From: an uncultured delta proteobacterium
GTDB taxonomy: Bacteria; Desulfobacterota; Desulfuromonadia; Desulfuromonadales; BM103
DNA length: 64,000 nucleotides
Assembly: GCA_963715335.1 (NCBI GenBank)
Contig: CAVQRZ010000023.1
Coordinates: 1-64,000 of the forward strand
Reading direction: 5' to 3'
In this document: one piece after another, positions 1 to 9,652 of the stretch
How positions within the stretch are numbered: position 1 is the first letter of the stretch
Layout of the letters: each line of letters begins with the position of its first letter
Translations under genes and position numbers: made by a program
The notes under the pieces: model-generated
The model's database searches: none
The model's input: the letters and a program-made list of their open reading frames with translations, nothing else
What the model was told of the DNA's origin: nothing

Positions 1-429
1 GCCGTCGATCGTTTCCTGCTTGACGAAGTTGCGATCGCGGGTCTCTTTCATCAATTTCGCAATCCGGTCCATGGCCCAGTCCCAGGACTTCTCCTCCCAA
101 TGATCACTCTTCGGTGCCCGGTACTGAACCTTGGTCAAGCGGTGCTCATTGTTGGCCACCTGGAAGAGCGCACTTCCCTTGGAGCAAAGCGCGCCCTGAT
201 TGATCGGGTGCTCCGTGTCGCCTTCGATATTGACAATCTTGCCGTCCTTGGTATGCACGATCATGCCGCAGCCGACTGCACAAAAAGGACAGATCGTGGT
301 GGTGTGCTGCAATCCCTTGGTGCGCATTTCCGCAGGGATTTCGCCGGACTGGGCCACCTTCCCCGTCAAGGCCAGAGATCCGGCAGCTAGGCCGGATCCT
401 TTCAGAAAGTTGCGTCTTGAAACATCCAT
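1..429 (-). CDS. fdnG: Formate dehydrogenase-N-type alpha (Mo/W-bisPGD) subunit, 5' part; runs off the window edge
   Basis: Manual translation, absent from the ORF track: MDVSRRNFLKG (Tat signal)...TTTICPFCAVGCGMIV...NIEGDTEHPINQGALCSKG (4Fe-4S motif)...RLTKVQYRAP...WEEKSWDWAMDRIA; GGAGAG RBS upstream. Confidence 0.9.
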   Translation of the reverse strand, partial: MDVSRRNFLKGSGLAAGSLALTGKVAQSGEIPAEMRTKGLQHTTTICPFCAVGCGMIVHTKDGKIVNIEGDTEHPINQGALCSKGSALFQVANNEHRLTKVQYRAPKSDHWEEKSWDWAMDRIAKLMKETRDRNFVKQETIDG

Positions 430-524
430 TCCCGCTCTCCTCTCAAATCACCAACCTTATTGACATGGCTCGTTTTTCTTTGGAATTCCGTATAGATCGA
501 ATCTATGAAGTACTGTCCTCTAAT

Positions 525-3020
525 TCAAGCTGAGTTCCCTTCAGGAGGAAGCTCCTTGCCAAGAGGCGGTTTAAGACTCTCTGCCTCTGTGCTACCCGCT
601 CCATACAGGTGAATATCTCGTTGCGGAAAGGGTATCGAAATTCCGGCTTCGCGGAATTTCTGGACGATCTCATGATAAAGCTTACTCTTCACGATCAACC
701 GGTTATCACCATCCTGGATCCAGGCACGCAATTCGAAGTTGAGAGAACTATCTCCGAGGTTTATGAACAACACCTCGGGGGACGGTGATTTCAAAACGTA
801 TTCCTGTTCATTCGCGCAGGCCATGAGGGTTTCCATCACCAGGGGAACATCGGATCCGTAATCCACACCAACCGGAAGGGACAGTCGCACCTGACGATTG
901 GTCAAGGTCCAGTTGGTGACATGATTGTTGATCATATCCGCATTGGGAATAACCACTTCCGACTGATCAAAAGTCTGGATGATCGTCGCTCGCATGCCGA
1001 TCTTTTTGACCTGTGCCCAGTGCTCGCCCAATTCGATCGTATCGCCTTCCCGGATGGGTCGTTCAACGAGCAATATCAATCCGCTAACGAAATTGTTGAC
1101 AATTCCCTGCAGGCCAAAGCCAATACCGACGCCGAGAGCACTCAGGATGATCGTGACGTTCGTCAGGCTGAAACCAAGCAGCGAAAACGTCAGTAGCAGC
1201 CCGACAAAGATGATGAGATAGCGGATCAGATGGCTGATAGACCCTCTTACCCCGCGATCCATCTGGCGTCCCAGGATCTGCTCGTCGAGGAGTATTTTCG
1301 GCATAATTTGGGACGCATACAAGGAACCGTAGAGGACGACAATTGCGGCGATGATCAAGCCGACCGTGATCTTTTGCCCACCCACCTCGAATCCCGGCGA
1401 CAAGAGTCCGCTCAATGCCTCCGGCAAGCTGTCGTACAGATCCCAGATGAATAGAAATGCCGGCAAAAGCAAAAACAGACCGATGAGAGACTCAACAATG
1501 ACCTGAATTTTGCGCTCATTCTTCTGTGCGTCGCTGCGCAATAGTTTGACTTGCCAAAGGGGAGACGAAAAAAAGATCCAATGAATTCCTCCCCGCAGCA
1601 GGTAGATAAACAAGACGATGAGCGCAGTAATCGCCATGCTAATCACCGAATTGACGAACATCGAGTAAGCCATACCGGTATCCCCGAAGATCTCCGCAAG
1701 CAGTATGACGGCAAACCACAAGGCGAGCGCCCGCGATCCCCACAGAGGATAAGGGCCACTCGTCAAAAGATTGCACTCCGCTGCCAATTTGAGGGCGAAT
1801 ACCAGGATCACGGCCGAGGCCACCACGATGAAGAGATTGAAAATCGGAGAAGGCAGCCCTAACAGAATCAAGGTCATGGTACAGGCAAATAGGGACATGA
1901 CAGCAATAGAGAGTTTCTTTGCCCAGCTGCTTTTCAACACTTTGACCAACAAACAAAGGCAGGACATACTACCGACAAACAACATGAACGTGGTCACCAT
2001 GGCCGAGCGAGATTCCCAGAATTGCATCTGGAAGGTGGCAAACAGGGTCGTTACGAATAAGGCTGTTGCGACAGGGCGGTCCGCAACGAAAGACCAGTTT
2101 TCTGATTCTGCGATGGCCTGGCGTTTGCGATAAATCACAGTGAAGACCATGATAAGGAGAAAGGCAAGAATTCCGAGTTGCCGTTCATGCAACCTAAAAA
2201 ACTCTTGACCCGGTCGAGGTATGAACTTCAGGTTTTCCCAGGTTACGCGCCACAACTCTCGATTGAATTGGGCGTAATAATCCAGCGAGTACATCGGTGG
2301 GGTCTTGCCAAGCTGTAGTTCCCGCTGGAGCGCATCTCCCTGCAGGACAGTCATTTCTGTCTCCAGACCGTCGATCTTTGCTTTGAGCCTGGCCCCAATC
2401 GTCTGAGTGGCCAAAAGCGGTTCCATCTGCCGCGAAATAAATCCGAGGGCCGCAGCTATGGTCGAATCTGCGTCATCGAAAGCAGTCTGGATTTGACGGT
2501 AGGAACGATCCTTGAGTAATGAAGACTGCCAATCCTTCCAAAGCCGTTGTTTCGCCTGCCATTCCCTGCCCCACCCATCAAGTTGTTCGATTGCCATGTC
2601 AAGCGGCAGGTTGATCTTGTTGAGACGTACCTTTTCATAGGCAAAGCTCATATTGAGACTGAGGTCTCTGACGTTTTGGCCTGCCCGCGTTGTCCTTAAG
2701 TCCTTTACCTTTTCCGAAACCGCGTTAACCCGAGCGTCTATATCGGCGTAATCTTGTTCGATCGCAGCCAAATCAGGAAGGCCCAGCTGGATGTTTTCAA
2801 GCTGAGCTAAACGCGCTGACAGCTCTGCGGAGAGTGGAATAATCTCGGAGAGTTTCGGTTCGGCTGAAGCGTTTTGTGAAACGACAGTGGAGGCTTTCCC
2901 CTCCGGGGTGCTCTGCGCAGCGTAAAGGTTTCCGCACAGGCCCAACACCACCGCGGTGGCAATAACGGCCAGACAGACAGAAGAGAGCCACTCGAATTTA
3001 CAGGCTTGTTTTAATCCCAT
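525..3020 (-). CDS. Large mechanosensitive channel, MscS family (MscK-like)
   Basis: 831 aa; periplasmic coiled-coil N-terminus, many TM helices, MscS core ALGVGIGFGLQGIVNNFVSGLILLVERPIREGD and C-terminal ISIPFPQRDIHL. Confidence 0.9.
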   Translation of the reverse strand: MGLKQACKFEWLSSVCLAVIATAVVLGLCGNLYAAQSTPEGKASTVVSQNASAEPKLSEIIPLSAELSARLAQLENIQLGLPDLAAIEQDYADIDARVNAVSEKVKDLRTTRAGQNVRDLSLNMSFAYEKVRLNKINLPLDMAIEQLDGWGREWQAKQRLWKDWQSSLLKDRSYRQIQTAFDDADSTIAAALGFISRQMEPLLATQTIGARLKAKIDGLETEMTVLQGDALQRELQLGKTPPMYSLDYYAQFNRELWRVTWENLKFIPRPGQEFFRLHERQLGILAFLLIMVFTVIYRKRQAIAESENWSFVADRPVATALFVTTLFATFQMQFWESRSAMVTTFMLFVGSMSCLCLLVKVLKSSWAKKLSIAVMSLFACTMTLILLGLPSPIFNLFIVVASAVILVFALKLAAECNLLTSGPYPLWGSRALALWFAVILLAEIFGDTGMAYSMFVNSVISMAITALIVLFIYLLRGGIHWIFFSSPLWQVKLLRSDAQKNERKIQVIVESLIGLFLLLPAFLFIWDLYDSLPEALSGLLSPGFEVGGQKITVGLIIAAIVVLYGSLYASQIMPKILLDEQILGRQMDRGVRGSISHLIRYLIIFVGLLLTFSLLGFSLTNVTIILSALGVGIGFGLQGIVNNFVSGLILLVERPIREGDTIELGEHWAQVKKIGMRATIIQTFDQSEVVIPNADMINNHVTNWTLTNRQVRLSLPVGVDYGSDVPLVMETLMACANEQEYVLKSPSPEVLFINLGDSSLNFELRAWIQDGDNRLIVKSKLYHEIVQKFREAGISIPFPQRDIHLYGAGSTEAESLKPPLGKELPPEGNSA

Positions 3021-3322
3021 ATAATCAGACTATCCTCAGTCGTTCGCCGCGGGAAGCGAAATGCCTCGTCATCCAGAGCCCTCTACTTTGAATGGCTAAG
3101 TCTTGCCAAAAGTGAACACCAAATGCTTCTTCATCTAATTAAGGTGTCCAAGTTGAATGACATTGTAACGCAATAACTTTGTATTTCCAAAGCCGTCGCC
3201 CACTTTCACATCATTCATCTTTAAAACAATAGGGGCTTTTTCAGGGGTTATTTCTTATTTATCACGATTGCCAGTACGGATTAAAGGCAGGATCAGATTC
3301 CTAGGATTGCAGGATTTACAGG

Positions 3323-3354
3323 AAAAAGAGAGCGCCCCCGCGAAGGTCGCTCTC
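3323..3354 (-). terminator. Intrinsic terminator downstream of the tRNA-Pro remnant and DAACS gene
   Basis: GAGAGCG...CGCTCTC stem followed by a T-run on the minus strand. Confidence 0.7.
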
Positions 3355-3364
3355 CTGTATAGAA

Positions 3365-3410
3365 TGGTCGGGATAACTGGATTCGAACCAGCGGCCCCTG
3401 CTCTCCTGCA
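3365..3410 (-). pseudogene. 3' half of a tRNA-Pro (att-like remnant)
   Basis: Minus strand GCAGGGGCCGCTGGTTCGAATCCAGTTATCCCGACCA gives a T-arm (GTTCGAATC), acceptor 3' strand and CCA; D-arm and 5' acceptor strand are missing. Confidence 0.7.
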
Positions 3411-3433
3411 TCCTTTACGTTGCTTTGTCCTTA

Positions 3434-4747
3434 TCAAGAGGCCATTGCGACTGAAACCTCGCTTTCCGGTTCATTCTGCCAAGCCGCAAGATCCATCTGG
3501 CCCTCTGATTTTGCCACGACGCAGGTTACTGCCAGGTCGCCGGTCACGTTACAAGCAGTCCGCCCCATGTCCAGCAAGGCGTCGATACCGAAGATCATGG
3601 CGTATGCCGTCGCCACCGGTGAACCCGGCTCCACCTTCAGGCCAATGGAATCGAGAACCATCATCAGCATGATTGCGCCGGCACCGGGGACCCCGGCCGT
3701 GCCTATGGACGCCAGCATCGAGATGGCGACGATGGACAGCTGCTGGGAAAAGGTCAGTGGTGCGCCGATGGCGAAGCCGATGAAGATGGCGCAAACCCCC
3801 TGGTAAATAGCGGTCCCGTCCATATTGAGGGTTGCCCCCAGAGGGAGGGAGAATGAATAGACTCCCTGTGAAACCCCCATCTTGCTGCCGGCGATATTCA
3901 TGCTGACCGGCAGGGTGCCGCCGCTGCTGCGGGTTACAAAAGCAGTCACGATAGCTTCTTTGGCTTTCAGGAAAAAAGCGAGGGGGGAGATTCTGAACAG
4001 TAGCAGCATGCCGCTGTAGGCAATCAGCATGTGGCCCAAAAATGCGAGATAGATGGCCAGGGTTGTCCACCCCAGGGGCCCGAAGGCCTCGGCCCCCTGG
4101 CTACCGAAGACATCGGCAATCAGGGCGAAAACACCAATCGGTGCGAACTCCAGGATCCAGTGCACCACCAGGTACATGATTTCCGCGCCACCGTTGAAAA
4201 ACAGAAAAACGGTCTCAGCCGAACGCTGAATCTGCTCATTCTCACTGTTCCTGGCATGGGCCAGCCCGATGCCGAAAAAGAGGCAGAAAAAGATCACTGG
4301 CAGTACGTTGCCTTCGGCGATGGCGCCGAAGGGGTTGACTGGTACGATGTTGATCAGGGTGTCGACTAGCGAAGGTGCAGCAAGGGCGTCCGCCTTGATG
4401 CTTTCGGCCGCGCCGGCGGCAATCTGCATCCCCTTGCCCGGTTGAAAAATGTTGCCGAACAGCAGGCCGAAACAGACGGCGAAACCGGTCGTGATCATGT
4501 AGATCACCAGGGCCTTGACCCCAACCCTGCCCAGTTGCGAGGGGTGAACGCTGGCGGCGCCCACCGTCAGCGTGAAGAGGATGACCGGCATCACGATCAT
4601 TTTCAACAACCGGATAAAGATAGCTCCGAGAGGGCTGGCCCATGCCATGGCCGGGCCAAACAGCAACCCGCAAACCGCGCCGAGGACCAACCCGGCGAGA
4701 ATGCGGGTCAGCAGGCTCGGTTTAAAATACCATCCGATTAATTTCAT
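3434..4747 (-). CDS. Dicarboxylate/amino acid:cation symporter (DAACS, GltP-like)
   Basis: Motifs FIRLLKMIVMP, TRSSGGTLP, PLGATLNMDGT, GTAGVPG, DMGRTACNVTGD. Confidence 0.92.
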   Translation of the reverse strand: MKLIGWYFKPSLLTRILAGLVLGAVCGLLFGPAMAWASPLGAIFIRLLKMIVMPVILFTLTVGAASVHPSQLGRVGVKALVIYMITTGFAVCFGLLFGNIFQPGKGMQIAAGAAESIKADALAAPSLVDTLINIVPVNPFGAIAEGNVLPVIFFCLFFGIGLAHARNSENEQIQRSAETVFLFFNGGAEIMYLVVHWILEFAPIGVFALIADVFGSQGAEAFGPLGWTTLAIYLAFLGHMLIAYSGMLLLFRISPLAFFLKAKEAIVTAFVTRSSGGTLPVSMNIAGSKMGVSQGVYSFSLPLGATLNMDGTAIYQGVCAIFIGFAIGAPLTFSQQLSIVAISMLASIGTAGVPGAGAIMLMMVLDSIGLKVEPGSPVATAYAMIFGIDALLDMGRTACNVTGDLAVTCVVAKSEGQMDLAAWQNEPESEVSVAMAS

Positions 4748-4820
4748 GCCGACCTCCTCTGCGAAAGTCTAATGTCTCTCTATATCAATAAGGATGTAAA
4801 TTGTTGAGGGGCGGAAGAAG

Positions 4821-5741
4821 CTACTCATAGTTGTCACCTTTGCCCTGGAAGGCTCTGCGACGCTGCTCAATCCGGGCCTTTTTGTCGATGATGAAGCGAT
4901 TTTTCAGGAACTCGGCCCGGCTCTGTCGCGCGGGCGGTTCCCCTGGCTTTGCAGCCCAGGCCATCTGCTCAAAATACTCGTGGACCAGCAGGTCAAGGGT
5001 CCCGTCGCTCTTGATCTCTTCAACGAATACGTTGAGCCAGCTCAAAAAATCTGCATCCCCTTTGCGGATTGCGAAAGCGTAAAACTCCCTGGTGACCGGT
5101 TCCAGCAGTGCGGTGACCGCAGTGTAGTGCTCAACGTGCGTGTTGTGCCAGACGCGCACGAAGGGCGAATCCGCCACCATGGCATCGACCTCTCTCCGGA
5201 CGACTGCTTCCGCTGCGGCCGCTGCTGTCGGGTAAAGCTTGATGGCTGTGGCAGGAAACAACTGTCGAGCAAAATCTTCATGCGTGGTACCTGCTTTGAC
5301 CCCTAGGCGGATGCTCTTGATTTCAAGCAGGTCAAAGTATGCTTTTGCGTCTGCCGGGACCTTGTCCCGCCTGACCAGGGCGGCCTGGCTGACTTCGAAA
5401 TAAGGAGTTGAGAAGTTGACCAGCAGGGCCCGTTGCACGGTTCTGGTCATTGCCGCCATGATAATGTCGGCCTCGCCAGCCAACAGTCCGGGGATCTGCT
5501 GGTCATAGGTCTCCGGACGAATAAAGCGCACCTTGACGTCGAGGTGCGCTGCCAGCAGGTGGGCCAGATCCACATCCAGGCCGAAGAGGGTGCCCGATTT
5601 TTCCATGCAGAACGGAGGATAATCCCGATTCAGCGCAACAGTGATCACCCCCGCTTTCTGAATTCGTTCAATCTCACTGGCCTGGCTCATGACCGGTATC
5701 AAAAACAAGACGGAAAAGAAGAACAAAACATATCCCTTCAT
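4821..5741 (-). CDS. Polar amino-acid substrate-binding protein (family 3)
   Basis: Signal peptide; DYPPF, GLDVDLA, MTRTVQRALLVNFSTPY, GVKAGTT, IKSDGTL. Confidence 0.88.
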   Translation of the reverse strand: MKGYVLFFFSVLFLIPVMSQASEIERIQKAGVITVALNRDYPPFCMEKSGTLFGLDVDLAHLLAAHLDVKVRFIRPETYDQQIPGLLAGEADIIMAAMTRTVQRALLVNFSTPYFEVSQAALVRRDKVPADAKAYFDLLEIKSIRLGVKAGTTHEDFARQLFPATAIKLYPTAAAAAEAVVRREVDAMVADSPFVRVWHNTHVEHYTAVTALLEPVTREFYAFAIRKGDADFLSWLNVFVEEIKSDGTLDLLVHEYFEQMAWAAKPGEPPARQSRAEFLKNRFIIDKKARIEQRRRAFQGKGDNYE

Positions 5742-6393
5742 GTCACCCCCTTCAGCCTTTGATTATTTCTTCGGCACACAAAAGTAAAATTAGTTCGGGT
5801 AGAGCTGTCTCAACCCTCTCTAAGTTACGGCGTCAGGCCATGTTGCCATTGTGCAAAATGATTCGCAGTTTGTGCTGGCTCAAAAAAGCAATTCACAAGA
5901 ATTATAATAGATTCCATGCAATATAACCGCTCATGGGCTGTGTGGTCAAATAGAGGCGATTAAGCATGTCATGCATAGTCTCTGAAGCCTTTTACAAACC
6001 AAAGGTAAAATTATGACCTTCTTCATAACCCATCAAAATAAAGCCTTAGCGTAGCTACTCCTGAATCAGGTTTGCTAGCAGAATGCGCGAATTCTTGAAA
6101 ATCACGATTTACAGTAACGACTGGTCCACCTTCTGGTGGTATTCTTGTTTATGCTGCTGCAACTGATTCCAAAATACATTAGGGGTTTTAGTATACTGTT
6201 AGCTGGTTTATCAGGAAATTCTTGGGGACGCGTGAGGAATATGCAAACCTAAGCATCACTACATCTAGTGTGAAGTGGAGATTAAGTACATGCCCCAGGA
6301 ACAAATATCTGAACAAGGCTGGACATGGCCATGGCGAATCAGATTATAATGAACAAAAGTCTTCGCTCGGCACTTGCAATGTGAGGTTTATTC

Positions 6394-6789
6394 ATGTCGG
6401 TTAGCTATCCATTAACGATCTTCTACGATGGGGCTTGTGGCGTCTGCTCCAAAGAGATGAAATATTACCGCAAGATAGCCGATCATCGAGTTCGCTTCGT
6501 CGATATTGCCGCAACGGATTTCAGCGCCGGGTCCTACGACAAATCAGATGACGATTTCCAGAGAGAACTGCATGCATGCGATGCCGATGGGCACTTTTTC
6601 ACTGGCGTCGACGCATTCCGCATGCTCTGGGAAGCTCTGCCGTCGCCCTTCTATCCCCTGCTATCAAAAACCATCGGGCTTCCAGGGATCAACCTCGCGG
6701 CCCATACAGGTTATGCCATCTTTGCACGCTACAGGCATCTTTTGCCATCGGGCAAAAAAAACATGTGCTCCCTTCCCAGACAGAATTGA
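6394..6789 (+). CDS. DUF393 / DCC-family thiol-disulfide oxidoreductase
   Basis: IFYDGACGVC (DxxCxxC), GVDAF, GYAIFARYRH. Confidence 0.85.
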   Translation: MSVSYPLTIFYDGACGVCSKEMKYYRKIADHRVRFVDIAATDFSAGSYDKSDDDFQRELHACDADGHFFTGVDAFRMLWEALPSPFYPLLSKTIGLPGINLAAHTGYAIFARYRHLLPSGKKNMCSLPRQN

Positions 6790-6900
6790 TCGGGGCCTGC
6801 GTATCCCGATAATCCAATGTTTTCATGTCTCAACAACGTCCCCACGCCAAAATTATGGTAGAATGTCGAGGGTATGCCCATAAAAGACGAGGGGGTAAAA

Positions 6901-7302
6901 ATGCGCATCCTTATTCTTGATGACGATCCTGACATTCGAAGCCTTTTTGATGCCGCTCTGACCAGCAAGGGGCACGAGGTTTCGACCCTCTCTGATCCTA
7001 CCGAGTTCCCCTTGCTGAACAACCAGAGATGTCCCTGCGAACCGAAGGACTCATGTACTGACGTTCTTATCGCAGATATCGTGATGCCTAACATCGAGGG
7101 GATAGAATTCGTCAAGGGCCTCAAGGAGGGGGGGTGCTGGCCTCTCACGCTGGGCAACGTGGCAATTATCAGCGGCTACCTGACGTTGCATTACATGAAC
7201 GAGTTGAATGCCATGGGCATCCACTACTTCCGCAAGCCTTTTGAATTGAAGGAAATTTTTAAGTGGGTGGAAGAATGCCAGGAACGGCTTGACAAGGGTT
7301 GA
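6901..7302 (+). CDS. Single-domain response regulator with a Cys-rich insert
   Basis: ILILDDD, DVLIADIVMP, ISG, KPF; GAGGGG RBS before ATG 6901. Confidence 0.85.
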   Translation: MRILILDDDPDIRSLFDAALTSKGHEVSTLSDPTEFPLLNNQRCPCEPKDSCTDVLIADIVMPNIEGIEFVKGLKEGGCWPLTLGNVAIISGYLTLHYMNELNAMGIHYFRKPFELKEIFKWVEECQERLDKG

Positions 7303-7373
7303 GGCGATCGAGCTTAAACTGGGGTTAATACCGGCCCCCCGAATCCACATCCGATCCGACCAGAGCTGAAGAG

Positions 7374-7763
7374 ATGAATAACTACGCAATTGTTCGCCAG
7401 GAGCATTTGAACCATTACGGCTTCCTGTTCGGCGGGGCCCTGTTGCAATGGGTCGACGAGTACGCGTGGCTGGTTGCATCGCGGGATTTCCCGGGATGTC
7501 CGCTGGTGACCGTTGGCATGGACAAGATCAGCTTTCGTAAGCCGGTACTCAACGGCTCGATCCTGCGCTTCAATATCAGGCCGGTGAAACAGGGGAGGAC
7601 CTCAATACAGTACACGGTGGACGTGTACGCCGACGCCCCCGGCGCCAGCACCGAGGAAACCGTGTTTTCGACCACTATCACCTTCGCCCACGTTGATCAG
7701 GGCGGTACCAAACAGGCGCTACCCAAGCAAGACCGGCTGCGTTCTGAAATGGAAGAGCCCTAA
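7374..7763 (+). CDS. Acyl-CoA thioesterase (hotdog fold)
   Basis: HLNHYGFLFGGALLQWVDE, GRTS. Confidence 0.88.
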   Translation: MNNYAIVRQEHLNHYGFLFGGALLQWVDEYAWLVASRDFPGCPLVTVGMDKISFRKPVLNGSILRFNIRPVKQGRTSIQYTVDVYADAPGASTEETVFSTTITFAHVDQGGTKQALPKQDRLRSEMEEP

Positions 7764-8734
7764 AGCTTCCCCTTACCACTGATACACGCTTTCAGTTTTG
7801 CGATGGCGCCCTTGCCCATCGAGGCAAGAGTCAACAATAAGCCTCCGGCGAGTACGCCGATGATTGCGGCTAAAAATGTCGGTATCAGAGCAGAACTGGC
7901 GCTTCCGGCCAGGGGAATGCCCTGAAGTGACTCCACCAGATGATCTGTAAGTTTATGTGCGCCGGGGAGGCCATGCATAAGTATGCCGCCGCCGACCATA
8001 AACATTGCCGCCGTGCCGACAATCGACAAGGCCTTCATCAGCAATGGTGCCAGACGAAGAAGTCCACTGCCGGCCTTGCGACACAGACTCCCCCAGGCAT
8101 CTATTGCAGGAACCTTGGCAAGGTACAGGCCGGCATCGTCCATCTTGACGATGCCAGCGACCAGAGCATAGACCCCGACCGTTATGAACAGGGCCATTCC
8201 GGACACCACAGCGACCTGAACCGCCATGGAAGAACCCTGGACGGTTCCGAGAACGATGACAATAATCTCCGTTGAGAGTATGAAGTCTGTCCTGATGGCC
8301 CCTTTGATTTTTTTGCGTTCAAGATCGACCATATCGACCTTTGGGTTAGCCAAGGCCTGAATTCTCTCTGCCCGCTTTTTGCCATTCTCCTTTTTGGAGG
8401 GCAAAAACCTGTGAGCAACCTTCTCGAAGCCCTCGAAACACAAAAAGGCTCCGCCAAGCATCAAAACCGGGGTGATGACCCACGGGATGAATGCGCTTAA
8501 GAAAAGCGCTGCGGGTACGAGAACCAGCTTATTCTTCAGCGATCCCTTTGCGACCGCCCATACAACGGGAAGTTCGCGCTCAGCGCGAACGCCGCTTACC
8601 TGCTCCGCGTTCAGAGCCAGGTCGTCACCGAGCACTCCTGCGGTTTTCTTGGCCGCCATCTTCGACATCAGGGCAATATCGTCAAGAAGGCTCGCAATAT
8701 CATCAATCAGGGTGAGTAAGCTGGTTCCTGCCAA
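7760..8734 (-). CDS. DUF808 family inner-membrane protein (YedI-like)
   Basis: LLDDIA, KKTAGVLGDDLALNAEQV, GAIRTDFILSTEI; TTG start. Confidence 0.9.
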   Translation of the reverse strand: MAGTSLLTLIDDIASLLDDIALMSKMAAKKTAGVLGDDLALNAEQVSGVRAERELPVVWAVAKGSLKNKLVLVPAALFLSAFIPWVITPVLMLGGAFLCFEGFEKVAHRFLPSKKENGKKRAERIQALANPKVDMVDLERKKIKGAIRTDFILSTEIIVIVLGTVQGSSMAVQVAVVSGMALFITVGVYALVAGIVKMDDAGLYLAKVPAIDAWGSLCRKAGSGLLRLAPLLMKALSIVGTAAMFMVGGGILMHGLPGAHKLTDHLVESLQGIPLAGSASSALIPTFLAAIIGVLAGGLLLTLASMGKGAIAKLKACISGKGKL

Positions 8735-8991
8735 GGGACATCTCCAGTCAAAGGCTCATCTTCTGCCTGAGCAATTTACAATAGCTTGATATTATTTGAC
8801 AGCCAAACTGGCGAACAAAGCCGTTTCAGCGCCCTCCTGCGTGCCCTGCCAGTCATAAACGTCGAAATGACAGGGTTTAAATCATTACACAACTTTTACC
8901 TTCGAAATCTGGCAACACAGGCATAATGAGCCAGGAATTTTGCATCAACAGGCTGCCTCCTGCCGGGAGGCTTATGCATAGGAGAGTTGTG

Positions 8992-9648
8992 ATGTCTTTC
9001 AAGATCGACAAGCCGCGATACACAACCGGCGAAGAAGTTGCCAACAGCATCACCCACGGGGTCGGCCTGATTCTGGCCATTGCTGGACTGGCTGTATTGA
9101 CCACTTATGCCAACCGCCTCGGCAACGCCTGGCACATGGTGAGTTGCGTGGTCTTTGCATCGACCCTGATCCTCCAGTACGCCTTCTCCACGCTCTATCA
9201 CAGCATTCCACAGCCACGCGCAAAGAACATCATGCGCCGCCTTGATCATTCGGCTATCTTCCTCTTGATCGCAGGCACTTACACGCCTTTTATGCTCGTC
9301 AATTTGCGCGGGGTCTGGGGTTGGACCTTGTTCGGCATCATATGGTCGCTGGCCCTGCTCGGTGTGCTTTTCCAGGTCAGTCTCCTGCATCGATGGCAAA
9401 AGCTTTCACTGGCACTTTACATCGGCATGGGCTGGGTAGTGCTCGCGGCGTTCAAACCGATGCTCAACGAGGTTGCGCCCGGAGGCCTCATCCTGCTCTT
9501 TCTCGGTGGCCTGGCGTACACAACCGGAGTCATCTTCTACCGATGGAAGGCGCTACGATACCACCATGCAATCTGGCACGGTTTTGTCCTGGCAGGGAGC
9601 ATCCTGCATTACTTTGCGGTGCTTTTTTATGTGATTCCCCTGGCCTGA
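8992..9648 (+). CDS. Hemolysin III / PAQR family membrane protein (YqfA/TrhA-like)
   Basis: EEVANSITHG, STLYH, RRLDHSAIFLLIAGTYTP, HAIWHGFVL; AGGAGA RBS. Confidence 0.9.
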   Translation: MSFKIDKPRYTTGEEVANSITHGVGLILAIAGLAVLTTYANRLGNAWHMVSCVVFASTLILQYAFSTLYHSIPQPRAKNIMRRLDHSAIFLLIAGTYTPFMLVNLRGVWGWTLFGIIWSLALLGVLFQVSLLHRWQKLSLALYIGMGWVVLAAFKPMLNEVAPGGLILLFLGGLAYTTGVIFYRWKALRYHHAIWHGFVLAGSILHYFAVLFYVIPLA

Positions 9649-9652
9649 ACGA

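Noticed and set aside
6290..6349. 19-aa Trp-rich ORF MPQEQISEQGWTWPWRIRL as a Trp attenuator leader
   Set aside because: The downstream gene is unrelated to Trp metabolism and no terminator/antiterminator pair is visible; likely chance in an AT-rich gap.
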